From positions 1 to 52,203 of the forward strand of contig JADFZM010000002.1 in NCBI GenBank assembly GCA_015232535.1: a DNA stretch of 52,203 bases, given 5' to 3'. The DNA comes from Candidatus Omnitrophota bacterium. GTDB lineage: Bacteria > Omnitrophota > Gorgyraeia > Zapsychrales > Zapsychraceae. A program made the translations under genes and the position numbers. How positions within the stretch are numbered: the stretch's first letter is position 1; each line of letters starts with the position of its first letter. Below the pieces are notes generated by a model that did not search any database, had not been told where the DNA came from, and saw nothing but the letters and a program-made list of their open reading frames with translations. Shown here in pieces: positions 1 to 9,455 of this stretch.

Positions 1-68
1 CTTTTGTATTCGCAAAGGCAAGTCCTTTAGCGGATCCGAAGGATTTGGAGAAGTTTTTGTATTCATAA
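1..68 (+). CDS. 3' end of a TPP-dependent dehydrogenase E1 alpha-like subunit (partial)
   Basis: Frame 3 reads FVFAKASPLADPKDLEKFLYS*, typical of E1-alpha C-termini; lies directly upstream of an E1-beta gene. Confidence 0.6.
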   Translation, partial: FVFAKASPLADPKDLEKFLYS

Positions 69-127
69 TTTTAAACGATGGATGTAAGACGAGATACGTT
101 TTTCGTCCTTCGTTGAAAGAATAATAA

Positions 128-1171
128 ATGCCTTGGACAAAATTACAAATTGAGCGAGAAGAGCCGGTTTTCGACGAAAGCCAGGGACAGAACGTGCGCA
201 AGCTTTCTTACGGAGACGCTATCCGCGAAGCCCTCGACCAGGCCCTGGAAAAAGACGGGCGAGTTTATGTGATGGGGCAGGGGATAGATGACCCCGGCGG
301 TATGTTCGGGACAACATTAGACCTGCATAAGAAATACGGTAATGAGCGTGTTTTTGATACCCCACTTTCGGAGAGCTGCTTAACGGGTGTTGCCGTAGGC
401 TCGGCAATGGCCGGGATGAGGCCCGTCTATATTCATAATCGTCCCGATTTTCTTCTTTTGGCCATGGACCAGATAGTCAATCATGCCTCTAAGTGGAGCT
501 ATATGTTCGCCGGGCAGGTTTCAATCCCGCTTGTTATCCGTACTTGTATCGGGCGGGGATGGGGCTCTGCCGCCCAGCATTCGCAGGCTTTGCAGTCTTT
601 ATTCGCCCATGTTCCGGGTTTGAAAGTTGTTATGCCGGCATCGGCTTATGACGCTAAGGGGCTTTTGATCACCGCTATCGCCGATAATAATCCGGTTATC
701 TATATCGAGCATAGATGGTGCTACAAGCATATCGGTTATGTGCCGGAGAAAATTTATTCCATCCCCTTCGGGCAGGGAGTTGTTAAGAAAGAAGGCAAGG
801 ACGTTACAATAGTTGCTGTTTCGCATATGGTGATTGAATCTCTGCGCGCCTCCGTCGAGTTAGAAAAAAAGGGAATTAGCGTAGAGATTATTGACCCGCG
901 CACTCTTAGGCCTCTCGATGAGGAAATAATTTTGAAATCCGTGGCCAAAACAGGAAAACTTCTTGTTGCCGACCTTTGCTGGAAGACGGGCGGTTTCAGC
1001 TCGGAGGTAATAACAACAGTCGCCGAAAAAGGTTTACGGTCTCTTAAAAAGCCGCCGGTTCGATTGTCCTTTCCGGATATCCCTACTCCGGCAGGTTTTA
1101 CTTTGGAGAATGCTTTTTATCCGGGAGTTGATGATATTGTGCGGGAGGTTGAGAAGCTGGCGAAGGAGTAA
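128..1171 (+). CDS. Pyruvate/acetoin dehydrogenase E1 beta-like (transketolase C-terminal) subunit
   Basis: RVFDTPLSES, GWGSAAQHSQ, PGLKVVMP and IDPRTLRPLD motifs. Confidence 0.9.
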   Translation: MPWTKLQIEREEPVFDESQGQNVRKLSYGDAIREALDQALEKDGRVYVMGQGIDDPGGMFGTTLDLHKKYGNERVFDTPLSESCLTGVAVGSAMAGMRPVYIHNRPDFLLLAMDQIVNHASKWSYMFAGQVSIPLVIRTCIGRGWGSAAQHSQALQSLFAHVPGLKVVMPASAYDAKGLLITAIADNNPVIYIEHRWCYKHIGYVPEKIYSIPFGQGVVKKEGKDVTIVAVSHMVIESLRASVELEKKGISVEIIDPRTLRPLDEEIILKSVAKTGKLLVADLCWKTGGFSSEVITTVAEKGLRSLKKPPVRLSFPDIPTPAGFTLENAFYPGVDDIVREVEKLAKE

Positions 1172-1176
1172 ATGAT

Positions 1177-2109
1177 TTGAACAAAGACTCAAAAATATTT
1201 ATAGTCGGGCATGATGATATACAGGAAAAGTCCCTTTTAGCCTATTTTGTTAAAAGCGGGTTTAAAAATGTTTTCTCCGCCTCGGATATCGCTTTAAACA
1301 CCGCTGTTCAGTCTTCTGTATTCCATTTCTTTATGAAGCACCGACCGGAATACGTTTTCTTAAACTCCATACGCTCCGGAGGAATAGAAGCCAACCGCCA
1401 AAGCCCGGCGGATTTTATTTATGAGAATATCGAAAGCCAGAACAATATATTTTACTCATCTTACAAATTCGGCGTCAAGAAGCTCCTTTATTTGGCCAGC
1501 TCCTGCGTTTATCCCAAGGAAGCTTCCCAGCCCATCAAAGAATCCTATATTTTGACAGGGGAACTTGAAGAAACAAGCCGGGCTTATTCAATTGCGAAAT
1601 TGGCGGGAATAGAAAGCACCCGCGCTTTCCGTAAGCAATATGGTTTAAACGCTATTGCCGCGATCCCGGCGACGGTTTACGGCCCCGGCGGGGATTTTGA
1701 TGCCGGGAAATCGCATGTGATTTCCGCTTTGATAGCGAAATTTACCGGCGCGGCCAGAGATAATTTAAGCGAAGTTACGGTTTGGGGCTCGGGTAAACCA
1801 CGCAGGGAATTCTTATATGTTGATGATTTTGTTTCGGCGTGCTTATTTTTAATGGAGAAATATAATGAGGAAGGTATTATTAATTTCGGCGCGGGAGAGG
1901 ATATATCGATTGCCGAGCTGGCGGGTATTATCGCGCGCAAAACAGGCTTTCGGGGAAGCGTAAGATACGACGCCTCTAAGCCGGAGGGAGTAATGCAAAA
2001 ACTTTTGGATAATTCCCGAATAAAACAATTGGGATGGAAGCCGAAAACTTCTCTGGATATGGGAATAGAAGAAACGTGTAAATGGTATAAGGATAATTCA
2101 GGCAAATAG
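1177..2109 (+). CDS. GDP-L-fucose synthase (Fcl/ColC)-like epimerase/reductase with a degenerate NADP-binding motif
   Basis: TTG start; ASSCVYPK, AYSIAK (YxxxK), SHVISALI and WGSGKPRREFLYVDD motifs; GHDDIQEKS replaces GxxGxxG. Confidence 0.85.
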   Translation: MNKDSKIFIVGHDDIQEKSLLAYFVKSGFKNVFSASDIALNTAVQSSVFHFFMKHRPEYVFLNSIRSGGIEANRQSPADFIYENIESQNNIFYSSYKFGVKKLLYLASSCVYPKEASQPIKESYILTGELEETSRAYSIAKLAGIESTRAFRKQYGLNAIAAIPATVYGPGGDFDAGKSHVISALIAKFTGAARDNLSEVTVWGSGKPRREFLYVDDFVSACLFLMEKYNEEGIINFGAGEDISIAELAGIIARKTGFRGSVRYDASKPEGVMQKLLDNSRIKQLGWKPKTSLDMGIEETCKWYKDNSGK

Positions 2110-2131
2110 TGAAACAGAAACGGAGCAAGAG

Positions 2132-3064
2132 ATGAAAATATTAGTAACCGGCGGGGCGGGCTATATAGGCTCGGTAATGGTGCCGATGCTTTTATCTATG
2201 GGGCACGAGGTTACCGTTTTAGATAATTTCATGTTCAACCAGACTTCCCTTTTGGATTGCTGTCATTTTAAAACTTTGCAAATAATCAGGGGAGATACCC
2301 GTAACGAGGATTTAATAAAGAGATTGATCAAAGACAAAGACGCGATATTTCCCTTAGCTTGCCTTACCGGCGCTCCGTTATGCTCTAAAGAGCCGGCGAT
2401 GGCCGAGGATGTCATTCTTAAGGCGATGCGCCTTATTTTGAAGCTGCGCGGTAAAGGACAGGTTATCATTTATCCGACGACAAACAGCGGTTACGGTATC
2501 GGCGAAAAAGGCAAGTTTTGCACGGAGGATACTCCTCTTCGGCCTGTTTCTTTGTACGGTAAATTGAAAGTGCAGGCGGAAAACGAAATCCTGGAAGCGG
2601 GAAACGGCATTACCTTAAGGCTAGCTACTGCTTTTGGGGTTAGCCCGCGCATGAGATTGGATCTTTTGGTCAATGATTTTGCTTACCGCGCCCTTAATGA
2701 CCGCTATGTTATCTTATTCGAGGCGCATTTTAAGAGAAATTATATTCATGTCCGCGATGTTGCCAAGGCTTTCATCCATTCTTTGGATAATTTTGCGAAA
2801 ATGAAAGATCAGGCTTACAATGTGGGCTTAAGCGACGCGAATTTGAGCAAAAAGGAACTCTGCGAAGAGATAAAGAAACATGTCCCGGAGTTTTATTTCC
2901 TTGAATCAGCCGTCGGCGAAGACCCGGATAAAAGGGATTATATAGTCAGCAATGAAAAGATCGAGAAAACCGGTTATATGCCGGATGTTTCTTTGAGCGA
3001 TGGAATAAAAGAGCTTGTGAAAGGATACCAGGCGATAAAAAGAAACCAGTTCGCCAACATTTAA
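2132..3064 (+). CDS. NAD-dependent epimerase/dehydratase (extended SDR)
   Basis: TGGAGYIGS, YGKLK (YxxxK), RMRLDLLVN. Confidence 0.9.
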   Translation: MKILVTGGAGYIGSVMVPMLLSMGHEVTVLDNFMFNQTSLLDCCHFKTLQIIRGDTRNEDLIKRLIKDKDAIFPLACLTGAPLCSKEPAMAEDVILKAMRLILKLRGKGQVIIYPTTNSGYGIGEKGKFCTEDTPLRPVSLYGKLKVQAENEILEAGNGITLRLATAFGVSPRMRLDLLVNDFAYRALNDRYVILFEAHFKRNYIHVRDVAKAFIHSLDNFAKMKDQAYNVGLSDANLSKKELCEEIKKHVPEFYFLESAVGEDPDKRDYIVSNEKIEKTGYMPDVSLSDGIKELVKGYQAIKRNQFANI

Positions 3065-3067
3065 AAG

Positions 3068-4588
3068 ATGCAAAGTAAAACGGATGTTTTATTCGTAAAG
3101 CCGAATAACCAAAAGAAAATCTTTCAGGACCTGAGCAAGGATTTTTCCGGAATTGAGCCGCCTTTGTGGCTTATTTTAACCGCCGCTTTTATCAAAAAAG
3201 AAGGGTTTTCGGTTTCGGTTATCGATGCGGAGGCGGAGAATTTAAGCACAGACGAAACCCTGGAGCGAGCGCGTAAGGAAGATCCTCTTTTAGTCGCGGT
3301 CTTGGTTTCAGGCACAAACCCTTCTGCCTCGACGATAAATATGCCGGGGGCAGGCGAATTCCTGAAGGCGCTTCATGAAAAAGGCACGAGAGCCTTGACG
3401 GTTATTTCAGGGCTGCATCCGTCGGCTTTGCCCCGAAGGACGATGGAAGAGACGGCGGCGGATTTTTTGATAGAGGGCGAAGGGTTTTACACATACCGCG
3501 ATTTGATATCATTGCTTAAGAAGGGGAATCCTAAGGTAAATGATTTTAAGGTTAAAGGGCTTTGGTTTAGAAAGGGCAAAGAGATCCTTTCTAATCCCAG
3601 GGCGGATAATGTCAATGACTTAGGAGTTCTGCCTATGCCGGCATGGGATCTTCTTCCTATGGATAAATACCGGGCGCACAATTGGCATTGTTTTTCACGC
3701 GTCGATAAAAGGACCCCTTATGCTGTTATCTATACGAGCTTAGGTTGCCCTTTTAATTGCCATTTTTGCTGTATCAACTCTATTTTCGGCGGCCCCGGGA
3801 TCAGGTATCGCCCGGTAAAAGACGTTTTAAGCGAGATAGAATACTTAGTTAAGAATTATAAAGTTAAGAATATTAAGATTTTAGACGAGCTTTTCGCGCT
3901 TAACTGGAAGCACGTCGAGGAAATTTGCGACGGTTTGATCAATTTTGGTTTTGAGCTAAATATTTGGGTTTACGGGCGGGTTGATACGGTCAAGGATTAT
4001 ATGCTTGCCAAAATGAAAAAAGCCGGGATAAATTGGATAGCCTACGGGTATGAAGCCGGGAGCAAAAAAGTCAGAGACGGGGTTTCCAAAGGGCGTTTTA
4101 GCGAGAAAGAGATCAAAGAGATCACCCGAAAGACTCACGAGGCGGGGATCAGTATAGTCGCTAATTTTATCTTCGGTCTTCCCGAGGATGATATGGAAAC
4201 AATGAAGGAAACCCTTGATTTGGCCAAAGATCTTAATTGCGAATACGCTAATCTTTATTGCGCCATGGCTTATCCGGGCTCGAGGTTGTACGAGGATGCC
4301 GTTAAGCAAAAACTTCCTTTACCGGAAAGTTGGAGCGCTTTTTCTCAGTTTAGCGTTGACTGTTTGCCTTTGCCGACGAAATATATCACAAGCGCTGAGG
4401 TTTTACGTTTCCGCGACGCAGCGTTTGATGACTATTTTTCCGATCCGCGCTACTTGGAGATGATAGAAAGAAAATTCGGCGATAGCGCGGTTAATAACGT
4501 TAAGGCGATGCGTGAGGTAAAGTTAAAGAGGAAAAATTACACTCTTGATAACAAAGTTTATTTTAAGGGCACCATGGAGGCAATTTAA
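3068..4588 (+). CDS. Cobalamin-binding radical SAM protein
   Basis: N-terminal B12-binding-like domain (PPLWL, GLHPSALP); CPFNCHFC CxxxCxxC motif. Confidence 0.88.
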   Translation: MQSKTDVLFVKPNNQKKIFQDLSKDFSGIEPPLWLILTAAFIKKEGFSVSVIDAEAENLSTDETLERARKEDPLLVAVLVSGTNPSASTINMPGAGEFLKALHEKGTRALTVISGLHPSALPRRTMEETAADFLIEGEGFYTYRDLISLLKKGNPKVNDFKVKGLWFRKGKEILSNPRADNVNDLGVLPMPAWDLLPMDKYRAHNWHCFSRVDKRTPYAVIYTSLGCPFNCHFCCINSIFGGPGIRYRPVKDVLSEIEYLVKNYKVKNIKILDELFALNWKHVEEICDGLINFGFELNIWVYGRVDTVKDYMLAKMKKAGINWIAYGYEAGSKKVRDGVSKGRFSEKEIKEITRKTHEAGISIVANFIFGLPEDDMETMKETLDLAKDLNCEYANLYCAMAYPGSRLYEDAVKQKLPLPESWSAFSQFSVDCLPLPTKYITSAEVLRFRDAAFDDYFSDPRYLEMIERKFGDSAVNNVKAMREVKLKRKNYTLDNKVYFKGTMEAI

Positions 4589-5593
4589 ATGATAATAAGC
4601 CGGACACCTTTTAGGATCTCTTTTTTCGGCGGGGGAACCGATTACCCGGGATGGTTTAAGGAAAACGATGGCGCGGTTGTGGCGACAACGATCAATAAAT
4701 ATTGTTATATCACCTGCCGCTATCTTCCGCCATTTTTTGAACATAAATCGAGGATAATCTATTCCAAGATGGAGCATGTTTCAAAGATAGATGAGATTGA
4801 CCACCCGGCGGTCAGGGAGGTTTTAAGGTTTTTAAAAGTAAAAGAAGGCGTTGAGATCCATCACGACGGAGATTTGCCTGCCCGCACGGGACTGGGCTCA
4901 AGCTCTTCTTTCACCGTGGGCCTTTTGAACAGCATGTACGCGCTTTTAGGCAAGATGGCATCGAAAGAACAACTTGCAAAAGAGGCCATATATATCGAGC
5001 AAAATATGTGCCTTGAAAATGTCGGTTGCCAGGACCAGATGCTGGTTGCTCACGGCGGATTGAATTTTGTCGAATTCGGCGGGGACAATCACTTGAAAAT
5101 AAGCAAGATAACGGTGCCCGGGAGCACTCTCGAAGATTTACAGTCGAATCTGATGCTTTTTTTTACCGGGTTTTCGCGGAACGCCTCCGAAATAGCCAAG
5201 CATCAAGTAAAGAACATCCCTAATAAGCGTCGTGAACTTGAATTGTTGTACCAGATGGCGCTTGAGTCGTTAAAGATTTTAAACAATAACAAATTAAATG
5301 ATTTCGGTAAACTGCTGCACGAAAGCTGGATGCTTAAGAAAACACTCTCGGATAAAATCACAACGCCTCAGATCGATGAGATATACAATAATGCCAAAAA
5401 GTCCGGGGCTCTAGGCGGCAAGTTGATAGGGGCGGGCGGCGGCGGCTTCGTGCTTCTTTATGTCCCGAGGGAAAAGCAGGCGATTGTAAAGGAGAAATTA
5501 AAGAAGCTATTATTGGTCCCGTTTAAGTTCGAGACCTTAGGAAGTCAGATCATTTTCTATCAGCCGAGCGAAGGGTACGTTAAGAAAAAATAA
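4589..5593 (+). CDS. hddA: GHMP-family sugar kinase, D-glycero-alpha-D-manno-heptose 7-phosphate kinase-like
   Basis: RTPFRISFFGGGTD, PARTGLGSSS, GCQDQ, GGKLIGAGGGGF. Confidence 0.85.
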   Translation: MIISRTPFRISFFGGGTDYPGWFKENDGAVVATTINKYCYITCRYLPPFFEHKSRIIYSKMEHVSKIDEIDHPAVREVLRFLKVKEGVEIHHDGDLPARTGLGSSSSFTVGLLNSMYALLGKMASKEQLAKEAIYIEQNMCLENVGCQDQMLVAHGGLNFVEFGGDNHLKISKITVPGSTLEDLQSNLMLFFTGFSRNASEIAKHQVKNIPNKRRELELLYQMALESLKILNNNKLNDFGKLLHESWMLKKTLSDKITTPQIDEIYNNAKKSGALGGKLIGAGGGGFVLLYVPREKQAIVKEKLKKLLLVPFKFETLGSQIIFYQPSEGYVKKK

Positions 5594-5600
5594 TATTTCG

Positions 5601-6314
5601 ATGAAAAATAAATTAAAAAACATTGATGTGGTGATTCTTTGCGGAGGATTAGGCAAAAGGCTCCGCCCAATGACGGGAGAGGCTCAAAAAACGATGGCTA
5701 TGGTGGCCGGCCATCATTTCCTAGATATCCTCCTCGGCTATTTATCTAAGCAAGGCTTTAAAAGGGTCATCCTTTGTACCGGTTTTTTTGCCCAAGAAGT
5801 TGAGGAATATTATAAGAAGAATGATTTTGGCTTAAAACTGGAGTTTTCCCGGGAGCCAGAACCTTTGGGCACCGGAGGGGCTTTTAAGAATGCCGAAGGG
5901 ATGATTAATAGCGGGACATTTTTCGGTTTAAACGGCGATTGTTTCTGCCCGGTTGATTACAGCGCTGTCTATGAATTTCACAAGGAACATAATGGGGTTA
6001 CGACTTTGGTGGTTGCGCAGGTCGCCGATAGCCGCGATTTCGGCAGCATCATTCTCGATAAAGACGGAGCCATTAGCGATTTTTTAGAGAAAGATGCCAG
6101 CCGCGGGATAAGTTACATTAATGCCGGAATATATTGTTTTGAGAAGAAAATATTTGATTTCATGCCGAAACTGAAAAAGTTCTCTATTGAAACCGACGTT
6201 TTCCCCTCGATAATTAAAAAAGGTTTTTACGGATTTCTGACGGGTGCCGAGTTTATCGATATCGGGACACCCGAGAGGTTTTCTAAGGCGCAGGAAATTT
6301 TTAAGAAAGGGTGA
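5601..6314 (+). CDS. hddC: Sugar-1-phosphate nucleotidyltransferase (heptose 1-phosphate guanylyltransferase-like)
   Basis: LCGGLGKRLRP, EPLGTGGA, INAGIY, FIDIGTPE; adjacent to hddA. Confidence 0.75.
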   Translation: MKNKLKNIDVVILCGGLGKRLRPMTGEAQKTMAMVAGHHFLDILLGYLSKQGFKRVILCTGFFAQEVEEYYKKNDFGLKLEFSREPEPLGTGGAFKNAEGMINSGTFFGLNGDCFCPVDYSAVYEFHKEHNGVTTLVVAQVADSRDFGSIILDKDGAISDFLEKDASRGISYINAGIYCFEKKIFDFMPKLKKFSIETDVFPSIIKKGFYGFLTGAEFIDIGTPERFSKAQEIFKKG

Positions 6315-6317
6315 AAC

Positions 6318-7493
6318 TTGAAAATAAATTTGGAACAAAGCAAAACCCTGATCTCTAAGGCCGATTACCGCGTCCCCTTCGGGACAATATCTTTAACCTC
6401 GGAAGCTAAGAAGCTTATAAAAGAGGCCTTAGATAGAAAATGGCTGACAAGGGGAAAACTTGTGCAGGAATTTGAAGAAAAATTCGCATCCCTTTTCGGG
6501 GTAAAGTATGCGGTAACGGTTAGTAGCGGTACGGATGCCGATTGCATTGCCTTAGCTGTTTTATACGATTACGGCGCAAAAAGGGGGGATGAGGTGATAA
6601 TCCCCGCTCTGACTTTTATTGCGACCGGAAACGCCGTTTTACAGGCCGGCTTTAAGCCTGTTTTTGTTGACGTAAAAAAAGAGACTTTGAATATCGACCC
6701 CGCAAGAATCGAAAAGGCCATCACCAATAAAACCCGGGCGATCATGCCGGTGCATTTGATGGGAAAGCCGGCCGAGATGGACAAGATAATGGCAATAGCT
6801 CGAAGGCATAACCTCTTTGTCGTTGAGGACGCAGCCGAGGCCCACGGTGCGCAATATAAGGGAAAATATGTCGGCACTTTCGGCCAAATGGCCGCTTTTT
6901 CCCTTTACGCGGCTCATATTGTTACGACCATTGAAGGGGGCATAATAATTACCGACGATAAAAAGATCGCCGAGATCTTAAGGTCTTTGCGCAATCATGG
7001 AATTGAAGGAAAATTCCGGGCAAAGCGGATCGGTTTCTCGGCGAAAATGAATGAAATTGAGGCGGCGGTGGGTTTGGGGAACATCAAGATTTTTGATAAA
7101 ATATTAAAGAAACGCCGGCGCAATTTGTTATATCTGATCGATAAATTCCGAAAATTCGACGATATATTCCTGTCTATCAAAGAGGAAAATAACGAAAAAA
7201 TCGGTCCGCACGCTTTTTCGATCGTCCTAAAGGATAACTCAAGGTTCACCAAGGACGAATTTGTAGCTTTTTTGGACAAAAGGGGCATTGATTCAAGGAA
7301 TTTATTTTATTCCATCCCAACCCAGTGCCCGAGCTACTCTTATCTTGGCCATAAGTTAGGGGAATTTCCCGAGGCGGAATATTGTTCGGATAACGGGACG
7401 CATATCGGGATCCATCAGGATTTGGAATTGAAAGATTTGGATTATGTCGAAGAGAATGTTGAAGAATTTTTGAGGGCAAAAGGGCTGAGGTAA
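6318..7493 (+). CDS. DegT-fold PLP enzyme with His in place of the Schiff-base Lys (ColD/E1-like 3-dehydratase)
   Basis: TTG start; EDAAEAHG; FSLYAAHIVTTIEGG where aminotransferases have FS-F-x-x-x-K. Confidence 0.8.
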   Translation: MKINLEQSKTLISKADYRVPFGTISLTSEAKKLIKEALDRKWLTRGKLVQEFEEKFASLFGVKYAVTVSSGTDADCIALAVLYDYGAKRGDEVIIPALTFIATGNAVLQAGFKPVFVDVKKETLNIDPARIEKAITNKTRAIMPVHLMGKPAEMDKIMAIARRHNLFVVEDAAEAHGAQYKGKYVGTFGQMAAFSLYAAHIVTTIEGGIIITDDKKIAEILRSLRNHGIEGKFRAKRIGFSAKMNEIEAAVGLGNIKIFDKILKKRRRNLLYLIDKFRKFDDIFLSIKEENNEKIGPHAFSIVLKDNSRFTKDEFVAFLDKRGIDSRNLFYSIPTQCPSYSYLGHKLGEFPEAEYCSDNGTHIGIHQDLELKDLDYVEENVEEFLRAKGLR

Positions 7494-7497
7494 TTTT

Positions 7498-8616
7498 ATG
7501 AAAATAGCAATTAATTGCCGATCCTTTATTAACAAAAAATATACCGGCATCGGCCGCTATGCTTATCAGTTATTAAAAAGTTTAAGCGAGATCGATACCG
7601 AGAACCAATATTTGCTTTACATTAAAAAGGGATTGATAAATCTAAACAAAAGGATACCGAGTTTTAATGTAAAGAATTTTACGCTAAAGATCGACCGTTT
7701 CCACCACGGGTTGGAGAAATCTATCGGCACAGTCGATGTTTACCATGCGCCAAGCCCAGAAGCCGTGACAGTCAATAATGGCGCCAAGATAGTTGTAACA
7801 GTGCATGATCTTATCTTTAAGACCTTTCCGGAGGGGCACACGCAGACATCGATCGATGAAACGGAGAGGAAAATGCATAATATCGGCGAGAGGGCCGATA
7901 AAATAATCTGTTGTTCAGAGAATACCATAAATGACCTTAAGAAATATTTTAAAATACCCGATGAGAAAATAACGCTTATCTACCAGGGAGTGGATAAAAA
8001 CATTTTTTACCCGATAAACGCCGAAGAATCAAAACTTGCTGAACGGGTGATTAAAAAACGCGGGATCAAAGACCCTTTTATCCTTTCGGTCGGGACAATC
8101 GAGCCGAGGAAGAATTTGGAAAATATCTTATACTCATTTGATAAGCTTAGGGCACGCGGGAAGTTCAAGGGTAAATTGGCGGTTATAGGGATGGAAGGCT
8201 GGCTTAGCGAAGGAGTCGAAGGGCTGATAAAAAAGCTGGAATTAAAAGAGCATGTTGTTTTCCTCGGATATTTGACCGACCAGGAACTGCGGTATTTTTA
8301 TAACAAAGCCGAGGCTTTTGTATTTCCTTCCTTTTACGAAGGGTTTGGTTTTCCGATAATCGAGGCATTTTGCTGCGGAACCCCGGTTGTTACTTCAAAT
8401 GTTTCTTCTTGCCCGGAGGTGGCCAAAGATTCGGCTCTATTGGTAGACCCTTATAGCTCGGAAGATATTTCGGAGGCGATAGCACGGATATTGCATGACC
8501 CGAAGCTTAAGCGATCTCTTGTTGAAAAAGGATTTCGCCGCGGGAGCGATTTTAGTTTCCGGAAAACAGCCCAAAAAACATTAGCGGTTTATAACGAAGT
8601 TTGCCAAAAGCAATGA
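7498..8616 (+). CDS. Glycosyltransferase family 4 (mannosyltransferase-like)
   Basis: TGIGRY, VGTIEPRKN, PSFYEGFGFPIIEA. Confidence 0.9.
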   Translation: MKIAINCRSFINKKYTGIGRYAYQLLKSLSEIDTENQYLLYIKKGLINLNKRIPSFNVKNFTLKIDRFHHGLEKSIGTVDVYHAPSPEAVTVNNGAKIVVTVHDLIFKTFPEGHTQTSIDETERKMHNIGERADKIICCSENTINDLKKYFKIPDEKITLIYQGVDKNIFYPINAEESKLAERVIKKRGIKDPFILSVGTIEPRKNLENILYSFDKLRARGKFKGKLAVIGMEGWLSEGVEGLIKKLELKEHVVFLGYLTDQELRYFYNKAEAFVFPSFYEGFGFPIIEAFCCGTPVVTSNVSSCPEVAKDSALLVDPYSSEDISEAIARILHDPKLKRSLVEKGFRRGSDFSFRKTAQKTLAVYNEVCQKQ

Positions 8617-9455
8617 AAATAAGCGGATTCACAATTGCCCGCAATGTAATCAAATATAACTATCCCGTAATTGAGTCGATCAATTCAATTCTGCCGATCT
8701 GCGATGAGTTTATTGTCAATATCGGTGATTCCTCCGATGGTACGGAAGCCCTCCTTAAGGAACTTAAAAGCCCCAAGATAAGGATAATCAGGAATCGCTG
8801 GGATATGAGTTTAAAAAGCGAGACCTTGTCGCAGCAGACCAACCTTGCACTCAAAGAGTGTAAAGGAGACTGGGCTTTTTATTTGCAGTCGGACGAAGTT
8901 GTTCATGAAAAGGATCTCTCCCGGCTTTTTTCGCTGATGAAAAACAATTTAAACAATCAGAACGCGGATGCCCTAAGGTTCTATTGGCTGCATTTTTACG
9001 GGAGCTTTTACCGTTACCGAATTGATTCCGGTTGGTACCAGAAACAGGACAGGATAATTAGGAACAATAACACCGTCGAATCATACGGCGATGCCTATGG
9101 TTTCCGGCGAACAGACAAAAGGCCCCTGGGTAGAGTGAACACTGGATGTTTTATTTACCATTATGGCTGGGTTCAGCCGAGGGATTTGATGATGCAAAGG
9201 CGGATCAATGCCGAGGAGATAGGGTTTGTTTCTCTTGACGATAAAAAAACAAAGAAAGAATATGAATACGGCGACCTGGGCAGGTTTCCTCCTTATTTTG
9301 GCAGCCACCCGAAGGCCATGGCGGAGATAATTATAAAACATTCAATGAGCGTTGAAGATCTAAAGCGCATCGACAAAGAATTCTGGTGGCATCCGGCGAA
9401 AATATTGCGTTTGCGTTATAAGACCTTTAACCGTGTCAAGCAAAGAATCGATTAG
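8613..9455 (+). CDS. Glycosyltransferase family 2
   Basis: MKISGFTIARN, LQSDE, IYHYGWV; ATGA overlap with the upstream stop. Confidence 0.85.
   Translation: MKISGFTIARNVIKYNYPVIESINSILPICDEFIVNIGDSSDGTEALLKELKSPKIRIIRNRWDMSLKSETLSQQTNLALKECKGDWAFYLQSDEVVHEKDLSRLFSLMKNNLNNQNADALRFYWLHFYGSFYRYRIDSGWYQKQDRIIRNNNTVESYGDAYGFRRTDKRPLGRVNTGCFIYHYGWVQPRDLMMQRRINAEEIGFVSLDDKKTKKEYEYGDLGRFPPYFGSHPKAMAEIIIKHSMSVEDLKRIDKEFWWHPAKILRLRYKTFNRVKQRID

Noticed and set aside
128-1171. Housekeeping pyruvate dehydrogenase
   Set aside because: No E2/E3 downstream and embedded in an NDP-sugar operon; upstream context is not visible, so not fully excluded
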